Shown here in pieces: positions 48,200-60,996 of a stretch of DNA of 64,000 nt. A program made the position numbers and the translations under genes. Where the stretch lies: assembly GCA_013265495.1 (NCBI GenBank), contig MU062119.1, positions 3,322,388-3,386,387 of the forward strand, in the 5' to 3' direction. The notes under the pieces are model-generated. The model was given only the letters and a program-made list of their open reading frames with translations, was not told where the DNA came from and ran no database searches. This DNA is from Vicugna vicugna. Lineage: Eukaryota. Each line of letters begins with the position of its first letter. The first letter of the stretch is position 1.

Positions 48200-48322
48200 A
48201 GGGCCTTTTCTGCTCGTTTACGTGTTGATTTTCTGTTTTTCCCACTTGGAGAGTAAGCTCCTTGGGGGCAGGGACTCGTGGTTGCAGCCTTGTTTCTGAA
48301 TGAATGAATGAGTGAATGAGTG
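48200..48322 (+). mobile_element. L2 3' end
   Basis: CCCACTTGGAGAGTAAGCTCCTTGGGGGCAGGGACT...TGAATGAATGAATGAGTGAATGA. Confidence 0.85.
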
Positions 48323-49190
48323 ACAGATTGTAGTGTAAAATGCCCCCGTTCTTAAAGGCACAGGGCCCCGTGTTTTCAGGAGACGAGGCTGGGTGTTCTC
48401 CAGGTTTCCTTCCGTTTTTGTGATCCCAACACTTAGGTCCAAGTCTCATTTAAAACCACCTTTGCTCTCCTCCGGGACAGAATCCACAATACCAGACTCA
48501 AGTCCACCTCCCTCAGAAACACCCCCCAGGGTCCCCCCACGCCCTCCCTGATGATGTGTCCGGTGCATGAACGGGTCCTGAGCACCAGCTGTGGGCCGCA
48601 CAGCACGTGGGTGGGGATTCAGCCGCGAGCAGCATCGTCTCAGACGAGCAGGCTGGGCCGTGGGAACCGAGTGCAGACGCAAGGAGCGAGGAGCACGCGG
48701 AGATGTGCAGATTTGCCCATCCCCACCTCCTGTTCTAGACTGAGTTAGGGTCTTCTGCGTGATACCCCAAAACATCCCAGTGCTGATTTTCCCAAACCAT
48801 TTCTTCATGTCTAAGACACCGTCCTTCGCTCCAGCTGGAACCCCACAGAGCTTCTCCCAGGCCAGGAAGCTACCACGTGGGGCCTTCTCTACTTCAGGTA
48901 GAGGCCTCGCTGCTTGAGTCAGCTGGCTGCCCCGCTCGGCATGAGGGTGGTGGGGGCTGAGTCACAGCGGCCCTCAGAGGGGGGCCGACGAGGGGGCAGC
49001 CGGCCGTCTTGGAGGGAGGAGCCTGGCTATGAAGCGAGGAGGGAGACATCCCTGTCGTGTATTTCTTCTTCTGTCCGTGGTCTGTTTAACCAAGGGCGCT
49101 GGCAGGGTGTATTTGGAGAGAAATATTAGATGCTCTGAAATCAATGCCTAATACCGTGCGGAGAGACCCAGCTTTAACCCAGTGTACCGT

Positions 49191-49293
49191 GCACACCCAC
49201 ACCCACACCCGCTCACACACTCGCACACCTACCCCTGCATTCACTCACACACATTCTCACACTGACAGACAATTCACACACGTGCACACACAC
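49191..49293. repeat. Degenerate (CA)n microsatellite
   Basis: CACACCCACACCCACACC...CACACACATTCTCACAC...GCACACACAC. Confidence 0.9.
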
Positions 49294-49820
49294 CCGAAGA
49301 GAGATTACCCGCCTAAGTCACTCCCCACATTTCTTCAATCTCCAGGAAGCTGCATTTACCAGAATAAGCAAAACATGTGAGGTGTGGAATCCACCTTGTG
49401 GAAGGGCTGGGTTTTATTGGTCAACTGGTAAATCAAAACACATGGAAAAGTGCTACATTTAGGAACAACTGTGACTGTATTACTCCCCGTTTTACTGGTT
49501 CATCTCTAATTGGAACCAGCTGGCAATAAAGACTAGAGTTCGTGGGAATCCACCCTTTGTTGAAAGCTAGGCCGGGGCGGACACTGGAAGCTGACGAGCA
49601 CAATGAAAACAGCTGTAATTGACTTGTGAGGTCAGGCTCTGGGGAGAGCTCGGGGACAGAGGTGACACTGCAGCTGGTGCATGAGAGGCCGGGCTCCTGG
49701 TTACCTACCACTGTGTGCAGAGGGGCTCCCCCCAGTGTCTGCCTCTGCTGGCCTGTCCCAGGCAGCTTTAGAGTCTCACGGTTACTCTGGGCTGCTTGCT
49801 GATGTTAATCACAGTAGTTA

Positions 49821-49986
49821 TAATGATGGCATCATGACAGTGATGGTGACGCTGATGGTGATGGCAGTGGTGGGGATGCTGATGACGGTCGTGATGATGA
49901 TACTGGTAGTGATGATGACAGTGGTGATGATGATGGTGATAATGGTGGTGGTGGTGGTGGTGATGGTAGTGGCGGTGGTGATCATG
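49821..49986. repeat. (GAT/GGT)n degenerate triplet repeat
   Basis: About 55 triplets of GAT/GGT/GAC/AGT. Confidence 0.95.
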
Positions 49987-50964
49987 TTATTGGCGACGGT
50001 GGCAGCACTCAGAAACTTCAGACAGGCTGCACAAAGCATGTGGAGCATCTCCACATCAAAAGCGCTGCAATATTAATTCTGCAAGCCTTGTAACTTGACA
50101 ACATTAATTGAACAACTTTCCTTTTTCCTTGTGATTTATCTGTTTTAAACACTTTTTCCCCCAAACAAGGAAACTGGCATCTGAAGTCTAGAAATGGAAC
50201 ATACACACTTGCCACCCCAGCTCCCCTTCCTGTCTCTAATCAGTGGGTCCACCCTTCGGAAAATCGTGATACATTAGGAGGGTCTGTGGGATATTTTTGG
50301 CACCTGACACCATCCTACCTCTTCCTCTCTGCAGGGTAGTGCAGTGTGTACCTCGTTTAATAAACATACCTTAGTTAATTTACAGACAGTTTTTTAAAAC
50401 AAGTCTGCTAGTATTCGGAGATCTGTAGAGCGTTCAGGGTCAGAGTTGGGACTGTCCGTCTAGACCGGGGCTGGACACACTCGACACATGAGCTGCCCTT
50501 TCTCCTGGGCCCAGGGCAGGCCTTGGTAGCTCTCACACAGACTCTGTAGCTAGAGTCTTGTTTCTGTTCGACACAGGATATCTGGGATTCAGGACCAGTT
50601 GCTGGAAGTTGGCAAGATGAAATCGATCTGTCATCCCTGGAGATGCTGTAATAAAAATAGTACCAGGTCCTTTCATTTCAAATTTAACCCTTTGGCCTCC
50701 ATTGGCCCCATAGCGAAAGAACGGGGCTGACTAGGGTGCATGGCGTTTCTATGTCATGAACAGAGGATTTAACCATCTGGCAGTTAACACTCTGTATGTG
50801 CTCCTTAAATCTCTTCAGGAAAACTGCCATTTGACATCTTGCAGTGGACCCACTTCTCCTTGGCGGTGAAGGGTGGAGTCGTGTGCACAGCCGGCCCATG
50901 CGGCCACGTGTCTGTCCTGCTCCCATCTCTCTCCTGAGCACGGCCCCTCCCTGGCGTCGGCTCC

Positions 50965-51102
50965 ACACCGCTCTGCTGTTGGAATGTAAGCTTCACCAGG
51001 ACAGGGGCTTCGTCTGTCTCACTGCTGCCACACCTCCTTGCCCAGGACAGTGCCTGGTGAATAGCAGACGCTATGTGTGTTCACAGAGTCGTGAATGAGT
51101 GA
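50965..51102 (+). mobile_element. L2 3' end
   Basis: GAATGTAAGCTTCACCAGGACAGGGGCTTCGTCTGTCTCACTGCTG...CAGTGCCTGG...TGAATGAGTGAA. Confidence 0.85.
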
Positions 51103-52134
51103 AGGAGACGTCCAGACTCTGGGTCCCAGATAGGAGGGTGGCATTCCCTCAGGGAGTGCATCTTCCTGCAGTGTCTTCCAGGCCGACTCCTTGCATAGGG
51201 AAAGAACAGCCAGGCACAGAAGCTCCAGCCTGCTTTTCCCATGAGAAATGTGTGCTTCTTCTTGTGTTCATACTTGTGACCATGGGGAAGCCCTTGGTGG
51301 TGGGTCACCATGCTAGTGGAGGTGCAGCTGTGGAAACCAAGGCCCCTGGTGGTTACAGAATGCATGTCTCGTTGCATTTGCAGCCTGTGTCTATGATGCG
51401 GGGACCCAAGGAGTCTGCGAGCATGTGCCTGGGGTCTGACTTGCTCTCGTGGAACTTTTCTGTCCGCTTGGCTAAGGCAATGACCAGGTGGGAGCTTCAG
51501 TCTCGCGAGTCAGACCTCCGGGCCTTCCCTGGCTCCACCTTTGGCGCTGTGTCCACCCCCACGGCAGCCTGGAGGGGAGGCACAGAGCTGTGTGCGTGTT
51601 CGAGGCAGCACGGCAGCGGGTGAGGATCTGTGCTTCCAGAGGGAAGGACAGAGATACACATGGGTGCAGACACGTCTCCGGCTACAGAGCGGCCACACTG
51701 GACCTACTTTACAGTCTACTTGGAAAGACTTTCCAAGGGGCCTGGGAATAACATTTCCTTGGTGTGTCTGTTGGATTCCAAAGCTGTGAACTTGGCTTGT
51801 TGAATGTTCTCTGAAGTGACAAGGGCTGTCTTCTCTCGATGAATGAAACTTGCTGGAGAATTTCCTTCGTGGACCCATGTGGGAGAGGGGAATTTAGGCA
51901 GAGAATGGGCACCCCCAGGAGTTCTAATGAATGGAAATCATCTCGCCCACACTCAGTCCTGCACTGAGCCAGGGGATGGATGGCAGGGAGCAGGGCAGAG
52001 GACCTGGGCCGTGGTCCTGGAATGAAGCACAAGACTGGGAGAGTTTTCTTGCTGGTGCAGAAACACCTGTGTCTGAGGGTGCTGACTGCAGCGTCTGGGT
52101 TCCGGGCCCAGCACGGCCAAGGGGTGGAGCCCAG

Positions 52135-52280
52135 GACAGATTACTCTCTGTGCTTCCGTTTCTCTCCCTGTCCGCAAAATGGAAGTAACTGTACTTCCTA
52201 ACATGCGGCGATGGGAAGTTTAGAGGATTAGATGGTGATGATGGTGCTTCTGATGATTTTATTGTCACCGTGACCGTTGT
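52135..52280 (+). mobile_element. MIR 3' part with triplet tail
   Basis: CTCTCTGTGCTTCCGTTTCTCTCCCTGTCCGCAAAATGG...GAGGATTAGATG then GATGGTGATGATGGTG. Confidence 0.6.
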
Positions 52281-52674
52281 GAGGAGTAACCGCAGCTTGA
52301 ACTGCAGTCACAGGGTTTCCGAATGTTTCTGGCCGTCAAATAATTTGTTTTTCCTGGAGTGTGTCCTCACCCTAAATCCAGGAAGACACCAGAGAGAAAC
52401 CCACTGCCTGACACGGATCAGTGTGGGGCTGGGAAGGGAAAGCCCCTGCAGCAAGTGCAGGGAGAGAAGCTGGCTGTTGTAGGAAGGAGGCGGGGCCGAG
52501 AGGGGAGCTGTGAGAGATCCCGGCTCGGGGGCCGTGGAGCTCCGCCATCCGCCATCTGCCCAGCATGCGACATGCACACACCTGCCGCCTGGCCTGGACT
52601 TTGGCCATCCTTTCTCCTGAAATGCCCTTTTCCCTCTCTGCCAAATCACCCTGCAGGGCTAAAGTAGGCACAAG

Positions 52675-52860
52675 AGCATTGAGCCGTCACTGCATGCCTA
52701 GACAGGGTTTCATTTAATCCTCAAATTAACTCTACAAAGTAGGCGCAGTGAGCGAAGTGAGCATTATTACCTCCACTCCACAGATGAGGAGAGAGAGGCT
52801 CAGAGAGGGGAACTCATCTGCCCAAGGCCACCCAACCAATACTCAGTAGAAGCACTGGCC
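52675..52860 (-). mobile_element. MIR SINE
   Basis: TCATTTAATCCTCA...CACAGATGAGGAGAGAGAGGCTCAGAGAGGGGAACTCATCTGCCCAAGGCCAC. Confidence 0.88.
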
Positions 52861-54136
52861 CCCTCTCCCCACTGGCTGCTTGCGGCACCTTAGGGTTCCT
52901 CAGAACCCAGTTTGAAGATCACTGCCCTAGGCACTCTCTCCTGGGCCTTCCCAGTTGGCAGTGGCTTGTGTATATGGCTTCGGTCAACCTTTGTGGCCCT
53001 GAGTTGGTAAGAAGTGGATGGAATTCGGCATGCCCTGTACCCAGCGGGGCTCACCAGGTGCTCTGACAGCCAAATGTTTTCTTTCCTAAATCTGGGAATG
53101 GCTGGTCTCCCCCACCGGCACGTTCTCGCCCACCCACTAGGGCTGAGGCCTAAAGTTCTCCGGTTAACAAGCTGCCGCACGCGCGACGCAGAGCGGGTGG
53201 GCGGCTGCTTGGAGCCTGATGAGCACGTCCCACTGGTGCGTCCGAGGGGGCGGCTGGGCTTGGTGTCCGTCATGAGAGCAGCATCAGGAAGCGGAGCTCG
53301 GGCCGCTGCTGCCCCCGGAGGGGCGGGTCCCACGTCGCAGCAGCAGGCCTGGCTCTGCTTCACCGACGGGATGAGAATGGAACGCGTTCGCAGCTGAAAA
53401 GCTCATGGGTTTGCTGTTTGCTTACATGTGCACAAAATGAAATCTCACCTCGCAACCGGGGGTTTTCTGATTATTAAATGTGTGTTTGATGGAAGGTTTG
53501 GCAGCTCTCTGGTCCCAGATGTGGAGCTAGGAGTTGACTCAGAGTCCCAGGTGATGGCTCCGCGCTTGTCCGTGTCTGTTAGCGGTGACGGCCCGACTGC
53601 CTGGAGGAGGAGGTCTCTTCCCGAGGTGGGAGGGTGCAGAGGGGACACTGGTAAGAAGCCAGCGGAGGTGGTGCTCCCGGCTCCCCTACCCCCAGATGCA
53701 GGTGGAGCTGGGCATTGACCAGGCCAGAGACTTAGAAGCAGGGTCACGGGCAGCTGTCCAGGACACCATAAGTACCGGAGTTCCAGGAGGAGATCTGAAG
53801 GTGACACAGAGGACAGCCAGACCCAACTTGCTGACTGTCTCCTGACCCACCGAAGTCCATTCTTTGAGAGGGGAGGGCGGTGGGCAGATGGCATTTATCT
53901 GAACTGCTGTCATATCGGGGCGCTGGTTACCACACCTCCATGAGCTTAAGACGAACGTGGGAGGCTGTTTATGAAATGTGCCTCCATCTCCCGGCTCCTG
54001 ATGCAAGATGAGCTCCCCCCTCCAAGGCTCCGAGTCCCCGGCACTAAAAGGACGTTCAGGAACCCGCACGTTCACAGCACCTGGCCTTTCTGATGCAGCC
54101 GTGAGTGAGTCACAGTGTGAGGGACCATTTCTAGAG

Positions 54137-54310
54137 CTGTGGTTCTCAAACTCCTGCAGGCGCGGCACCGCCGGGGGCTGGTTAAAGCACAGAGTGCCGG
54201 CCCCTCCCCGTGGCGTCCGAGGCTGCAGTTCTTAGCCCGAGCGCCAGGATCTGCACGTCTAGCGAGTTCCCATGTCAGAGGCTCGCAGGAGGGGACCTGC
54301 CTCCCACATC
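54137..54310. mobile_element. MER5A hAT DNA transposon
   Basis: CTGTGGTTCTCAAACT...GGGGGCTGGTTAAAGCACAGAGTGCCGGCCCC...ATCTGCACGTCTAGCGAGTTCCCA. Confidence 0.85.
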
Positions 54311-54380
54311 TCCTCCTCCCCAGCACAGCGGGCTCACCTTGGTCTAATGAAATTCACCTTGTTAGGAAGGCCCAATCACG

Positions 54381-55036
54381 TTCTTTTCTGTTTTAGTTGG
54401 GGTATGGTCAACGTACAATATTACATGTTTCTAGGAGTACAGCATAGTGGTTCGCAATTTTTAAGCTTATACTCCGTTTATAATTATTACAAAGGGTTGG
54501 CTGTGTTCCCTGGGCTGTACGATGTGTCCTTGCAGCGTGTTTACTTTATACACAGTTTGTCCGTCTTGATTCCCTCCCACATCTGGCCGCTCCCCGTCTC
54601 TCTCCCCACCGGTCACCCCAGTGTGTTCTCTGTGCCTCGGAGTCTGCTTTCTTCTTTTTCAGTTACTAGTTTGTTGTAGTTTTTAGATTCCGCATGTAAG
54701 TGATAACTTACAGTATCTGTCTTTCTCTGTCTGACTTTTTTCACTTGGCACAACGCCCTCCAAGTTCATCCATGCTGTTGCGAAGGATAAACTTTTATTC
54801 TTTTGTATGGATGAGAGGTACTGCGTTGTATATATAAACCACATCTTCTTTATCCCCCCATCCACTGATGGACACTTAGCTTGCTTCCACATCTTGGCTG
54901 TTGTAAATAATGCCGCTGTTCTTGTGGGGGTGCACGTAGCTTTTTGAGTTAGTGTTTTTGTTTTCTTCATATAAATATGTAGGGAGGGAATTACTGGATC
55001 ATACGGTAGTTCAGTTTTTAGTTTTCTGAAGAACCT
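54381..55036 (-). mobile_element. 5'-truncated LINE-1, older than the 35.3-kb copy
   Basis: ORF 54683-54970 TAALFTTAKMWKQAKCPSVDGGIKKMWFIY...WMNLE...LSLTCGI is a decayed L1 ORF2p C-terminus. Confidence 0.95.
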
Positions 55037-56729
55037 GGTGATCTACTAAACCTGGTAAGCTGCCCTCCCCCAGGCGCGGCCAGAGCTGAGAAACACCACC
55101 CCACACCTTAGCACAGAGCAGGTGACCAATTTCCATTTCTATGTTAGTGTTTGTCGTGTGCCCTCAGTGTATGCTTTTGCTCAGTAATTACCGAGCGCCT
55201 GCTGTCTTCCAACTGCTGTGTCAGAGGCAGCGGGGTCAGAAGGAAAAGGTAGCTGTCCTGTTCTCGAGCAGTTCACAGACCACTGGGAGCAGCAGGTGTG
55301 CAGGACACCCAGGTAGGAGCTACCGTTAGAGGACGTTGGAGCTGAGGCAGGACCTGAAAAACCTCCCAGCGAGGGCAGGATCTGAGCCAGGTTTTCACGA
55401 ATGGTCAGGGAAAAGGCCAGAAAGCTCAGGCTCTCTTCCAGGCTGATGGGATGGTCTTGGTGCCGAACCCAGAAACAGCATGGAGTAGCCAGGAGAGTCT
55501 CAGCAGGCTGGTGTCCCTGGAGGATGGGGCACGCGGGCAGGAGTGATGGAGGACCAGAAAAGAGGTCAGCGGAGGAACACATCGGAAGTGAGTGGCCTTT
55601 GGAGGCCCGGATTATCATTCGTTTCCCTCGACTGGGAGAGGGAGGTTGGGCCGTGAGCCCTGTGTGGCCACTTGGTGGAATGGCTTCTCGCCCTCCTGGC
55701 GGGAAAACACAGCCCTTTGTGTCTGTGTTCCTTTAAAAAAGCTCCGGATCTAATTTTTTTGTACGAGCTTTTGGTGCCAGGATTCCTACTGAGCCCCAGC
55801 GTCCTTCCCCTTCCAGGAGTGAGCAGGGGGACGGGGTGGGAGACGGGCTGCTTGCCGGGAGGGCTGGCTCCTGGTCCTGCTCCGGCCGGCTGGCCCTGGG
55901 TCCCTTCTCACTGCTGCGCCTATAAAGTGACGTTGGGAGGAAAAGCCCGAGACCAATCTAGCTCGGACATTTGAAAGCTGTCTCCTGGTGAGCCGGTGAG
56001 CCAGTGGGTCTCCCTGTCTAGCGTGGGGAGGGGTGGGTGGACCTAAAGACCCCATGGCCCCTGTGGCTCCCTCAGGACACCAGGCTCTTGGCTGCCCAGC
56101 GCCACAGATCCCCGTCCCCAGGCATCCTGGGACAAGCCCAGGACGCTGCAGAGCAGTGCGCTGGCCACTTTCGTCCGGCGGATTCCATCTGTCACCTCCG
56201 CAGCTTCCTGCTGAGAGAGCTCCCCAGGTTACCGTCCCTGAAGAGAAACTGGTTTGTTCAACATTAAAACCAGGGCCTCACTCTTGTGCTTGGCGAGTCT
56301 GATGGGAAAAGTCAGACATGAAAGAGGGAACGGGGACATCTCGGGTGCAGGGCTGCCGGGGGCCTGGCTCGGGATGGAACCGCTGAGCCGAGCTTGCCAG
56401 TGTCCTCCACTCCTGGACCCCAAGTGCCGGAGCAGGGGTGCCGAGCTGCTGTTCTGGGGCAGTGCCCCCACCCTGCAGGCGAGGTGCTGGAAGGAGTGGG
56501 GTCTGGGGTCAGGGTGGGGTGGTCAGCACAATGATGGGAGTTGTGGTTTTAGCTGAGGCTGGGGTGGTCATTTGCTGCTTTGTCCAGGCTGAAGGGGAGC
56601 TACTGGTAATTCCGCCGGGAAGTGGGTGTAAACCCGCCCTGCCCAGGGCGGGCGCGGGAATGCTACGGCAGCCTAGGAGACAGACTTGGAGGAGCTGGGA
56701 TGTTTAGGCAGAGAGAAGGTGAATTGGGG

Positions 56730-56965
56730 AGGGCATAAAGACTGCATTTTCTGGAGTCAGATCTAAACTCCTGGTTCCATCACTAACCATCTATATGACC
56801 TTGGGTAAACGCCTTAACTTCTCTGAGCCTTGGTGTCTTTGTCGGGACAGTGGATATCGTGCCTGCCTCACAGGGTCACTGTCTCACAGGGTCACTATGA
56901 GAATCAGAGAAGTTAATATACAAGGAGCATTTAGAGCCTGGTGTTAATTCCGTGCTCAGTAGGTT
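56730..56965 (+). mobile_element. MIR SINE (near full length)
   Basis: CTGGAGTCAGATCTAAACTCCTGGTTCCATCACTAACC...TGACCTTGGGTAAACGCCTTAACTTCTCTGAGCCT. Confidence 0.9.
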
Positions 56966-57339
56966 GGTGGCCGTGACCACAGTCCCAGGCACCTCTCTCC
57001 ACCCGCCTAGTCCTCAGTCTCCCCTGCTAGGAGGCCAGAAAATCTTCTTTCCTGCTTATTCCTCAGGGTAATGAGGATGAACAAACGGGAAAGCTGATGT
57101 GGGGGTCTTGGGAGACTGTGGATAACGCAGGCTACAGGAAGAGCAGACCTCTGAGAAGGAAACTGAACGCAGTGCTGGTAGGATGTGTGGCCCCTCGGTG
57201 GGAGGGAGGGTCAGGTGACAGATACAAGTTCCTCTGCTCTTTGGCTGAGGCAGGGCTGGACGTAAGCAAAGGATCCTTCATCGTCCCAGCATCGAGCGCC
57301 CCCTGTGCTGGTGTCGCGTCCTCTTCCCCACTGAGTCTG

Positions 57340-57767
57340 TGTGTGTGGTGTGGTTGATTCCCAGCTCCTGGCTCTAGACCTGGCCAATCAGAACATCCTG
57401 CTATTTGGGTCATAGTCATTGGCTCAAATATCAGCAGGTGGTCCAAGCAGCCCAGTGAGACTCAGTTCCAGGGCTTTGACCAGAGCTAGAGGCAGAGAGA
57501 GGACGCTTCTTCCACTGATGCGGCTGAGAAGGTGGGCCTTAGGCCTGCAGCCGCCAGCTTGCTTCCCCTGAAAATGGGGCCCATACAGAGGAACGCAGAG
57601 CTGAGGGTTGCCAAGGTCCAAATGGAGACTGCTTTCTTTGTTTGAGTTCCTGGATCCAGCTCTACCTGAATCCCAGACCTGGAGTTTTCAATTAGACAAA
57701 CTAATGTTCCTTTCCTTGCTTAGGTAAGTTTCTGTCAATGGTAGTCGGCAGAGCTTTGAGAAATAGA
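57340..57767 (+). mobile_element. ERVL LTR, LTR16-like
   Basis: CCTGGCCAATCAGAAC...CATACAGAGGAACGCAGAGCTGAG...TTTGAGTTCCTGGATCCAGCTCTACCTGAA...CCTGGAGTTTTCA; left boundary uncertain. Confidence 0.8.
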
Positions 57768-60700
57768 TGCAGATGATGAGACGAGAAGTACAGATACGGA
57801 GTGAAGGGTTCCTGAGCAGACCTTGAGGCCGAGATGGGGTGTCGCTCTTATTGGCCCTCAGGACCATTCCCTGCCCTCTCCTGTCCTGCTTCGTATCATG
57901 TGCAGGTTGACACCCGCAGACCACCTTCCCAGATTCCTGTGTCGGCCGACTTCCCGTTGGTTTAGCCAGCGAGGGCGCTGGGGGAGATCAGAGGCAGGAG
58001 GAGGGGAGAGGCCGGGGCGGTTCCCTGCCCACTCCATGCTGTGGGTGGTGTACCCAGCAGCGGCTGTCTCTTCCCCCTCCTCCACTGCTCCCGCTGATGC
58101 TGCAGGTGGCCCATCCCTCCACCCCCAGCCTCGTGCTGCTAGAGGCCCGTGCTCTGCTTCACCTGTGGGTTGCCTCGCTGTCCCCTGGCTGGCTTCTTGC
58201 CAAACCCATCATTTGTGCAGCCATTTCCCTGTATAAAATTCTTTCTGTTTTCGATACTCAGAGCTTTTCCTACTCTCCTGCTTGGACCGTAACCAACAGC
58301 GGTGGCAGACAGGTTTCCTCCTGTGCTGTGGCAGTAAGAGAGCACAGGGATGTTTAAGGACCAAAGTCAGCTCAGAATTACCGGAGGGGCGGTGAGCGTG
58401 GGCTGGATCGCGCGGCCTTACGCTCCACTGCAGGAGTGCGGCTGTGACCTGAGGGCAGGGGGAGCCCCCGGTGCACTTTAAGAAGGGTCAGGGGTGGTGC
58501 GGCGTGGTCAGACCATCCCTGGTGTGGGGCGCGTGAGACTCGCATGCCCCAGCAGACCCTGGGACACGTCCTGAAACCAGGACTCGGCTTCTTCAGGCCA
58601 GCACGTGCCAGGGACCCAGAGGAATGTGATCTGAGACTTCCAGGAGCTCCTTCTCACCGACTCGCACATTTCGAAGGCCAGTCTCTTTGGGGCTGTTCTT
58701 GCCCAAGTGAAATGGAATGCTGTATTAGGACTGGGCGTAGAGGGGAGCGGACTCCAGGAGCCAGCGAGGCGGAGGGGGCTGGGGGCGTCAGCGAAGCCGG
58801 CAACAAAGAGCCCAGTGACCCAGCGAAGCCTGGAGCAGCCCAGCCGTGAAAGGAATATGCTGGAAAAACTAGCTCAGTGTTTGCTTTGGGAACCAGTCTG
58901 GCGGCTCTTAATCCAGTGGGCGTGTGTGCACGGCAGCTCACGGGACGCCCCAGATCCCAGCGGGGCGACAAAGAGCCGTTTGTGAGGTTTCCATCAGCGC
59001 CGCGGAGGGTGCCTGCGCCTGGCCCCGGCCTCCGAGCGGCGGTCCGGCCTTCGGGGGCTCCAGCCTCCCCTGGCAGCCCGCTCGGGGCAGCCTGCTTGCT
59101 GATTTTTCCCTTTCTTCCCACCTTGATGTTCCCGCTTTAGAAAGACGAATGGCACAGGGAAGTCGCCAAGCCCTGAGGCTGAAATGCATGGAGAGTCTGT
59201 TTCTTAAAAGTGCATCTGTCAGATGGAGCAGACAAGAAGGAGGACGCCCTTGGCTCCTGGAAGAAGGGTCTGGGGCAGAGAAGGAGGCGTGACTCGCGGG
59301 GACAAGGGACTCCCTCCTCCTCCGTGATGTGCACACCCAGGCAGGCAGCGCTCGTACCAGAATCTGATTAGATGTGCTTGCAAAGAAGGCGTGTTTAAAA
59401 TTCCTCTCCTCCTGTCTTAACTAGACCGGCCCCAGGAAAAGGGAGCCCATGGCCAAGATTCGTAGACAAACCAAAAAGGCTTAGAATTCTGAGCTTCCTG
59501 AGGGCTCAAGTCCTGCCATCCCAGGGGAAGCTAAACGCTTTCAAGGGGCTCCTCGACCACGTGTGCGTTTTGCTTTACCGACTGGACTTCGAAGTGGCCC
59601 CACCCCACGTGTGGACCTGCAGACGTGCCGTCTCCAGGGCCATCACCCCTGTGGTCCGGTCTCAGGACAGTGCGGTCATCGGAGAAGCCGAGTCCGGCAA
59701 CCGGAGACAACTGAAGAAGAACCCAGGCTGCTAACTTGCATCTGTCAACGACATGGAAAGGCGCCGGTGGGCCAGCGCGATCTACTTGTAAGCCGTCCAC
59801 TTGCTGCTCCGTCCGGGCCCCTCACGGCACGGCTGCCCCCGCGTCTCTCCCAGAACAGAAACAAGGCCGAAACGAGAATCAGGGGAGTCAGGACCCTCTC
59901 TGGGGGTGAGGCCAGCTGACCGCAGAGTCCTCCCCGTCGCTGTGTGGGCAGCCCTCATGCCAGCGCAGCGACCATCCTCTGCGGTCTCTGTCACTGTTAC
60001 TGAAGGAGGGTGTGGGCATGTGAAAGACACTTGCTCGGTCCTCCTTCCCCCAGACCGCAGTCCGGAGAGGACACTGCTCTACTCAGCCACCATCGGTGGC
60101 TGGACATCAACCCGACTCTTCAATCTAACATCCCCTATGACCCTTCGGTCCCTTCTCTCCAGCCAAGCCGGACATCCCCTGGTCCCCACTCTTGCCCATG
60201 GGTCCCCACGCCCCTGGAATCCTCCTTCTGTCCCTGTAAGTGTGTGCGTGCATGGTTCAAACCCTTCCTTCCTGCTCGGAAGCCCGGAGCCCCGGTGCCA
60301 GCACATGGACGTCCTTCACGTGAAGAGAGAAGAAACTCTCAATTTGCTGAAGTCACTTTCATTTCAGGGCTTTATACCAGCAGCTGAGCACAGTTTTAAC
60401 GGGGAAGATCAGTTATGATTACCGCTTTAATATAAAAATAATACTTGCAACAACTCCCCCCGGAGTAAACTGATATTCTGGAAATAAGTGCCCTCTCTCT
60501 TCCAGGCGGCCTGCCCCCGACCCACCACATCCCTTCTGGCCTGCGTGGCCCGGCGTGAGAAGTGAGTGTGGTGGGCGCTGTGGCACGCATGTCCCCGTTC
60601 AGTCCCCTCCCCTGCTCGGCCGTCTGCTCCTTTGAGAGCATGGGCGTCTCGCAGCACCACCCAAACTCCAGACCCGAGTGTGCCCGTTGCCTGGTTCAGA

Positions 60701-60844
60701 GTGGAGGTCGGCCTGGTGTGGGGGGCTGGGCCCTGGCAGGGACCCAGGTCCACACGTGCACTTGGCGGCCACTGGATGAAGTGATCCTCACACGTTTTGG
60801 GACCTCTGTGGGGATCCTCAGCATCCTCGGGCTTTACAATCAGA

Positions 60845-60935
60845 GAGGCAGAGTTCAAGTCCTGACAGTATCAGTCACTTGCTATTTGAACTTGGGGAAG
60901 TTACTTAACTTCTCTATTTGCAAACATGAAGTTTC
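60845..60935 (+). mobile_element. MIR fragment
   Basis: GAGTTCAAGTCCTGAC...GAACTTGGGGAAGTTACTTAACTTCTCT. Confidence 0.8.
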
Positions 60936-60996
60936 TCTCTAGCTCTGCACTTGTGAGTAGGAGTGACACAGGCACCCACCTCGGACGGTGTGGAGT

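Noticed and set aside
49681-50076. ORF with an apparent long hydrophobic transmembrane segment (M/V-rich)
   Set aside because: It is the translation of the (GAT/GGT)n repeat.
53216-53245. Hammerhead-like CTGATGA followed by a GCAC/GTGC stem
   Set aside because: The obligatory GAAA after stem II is absent (GTCC instead); other CTGATGA sites (e.g. 11324, 40635) also fail.
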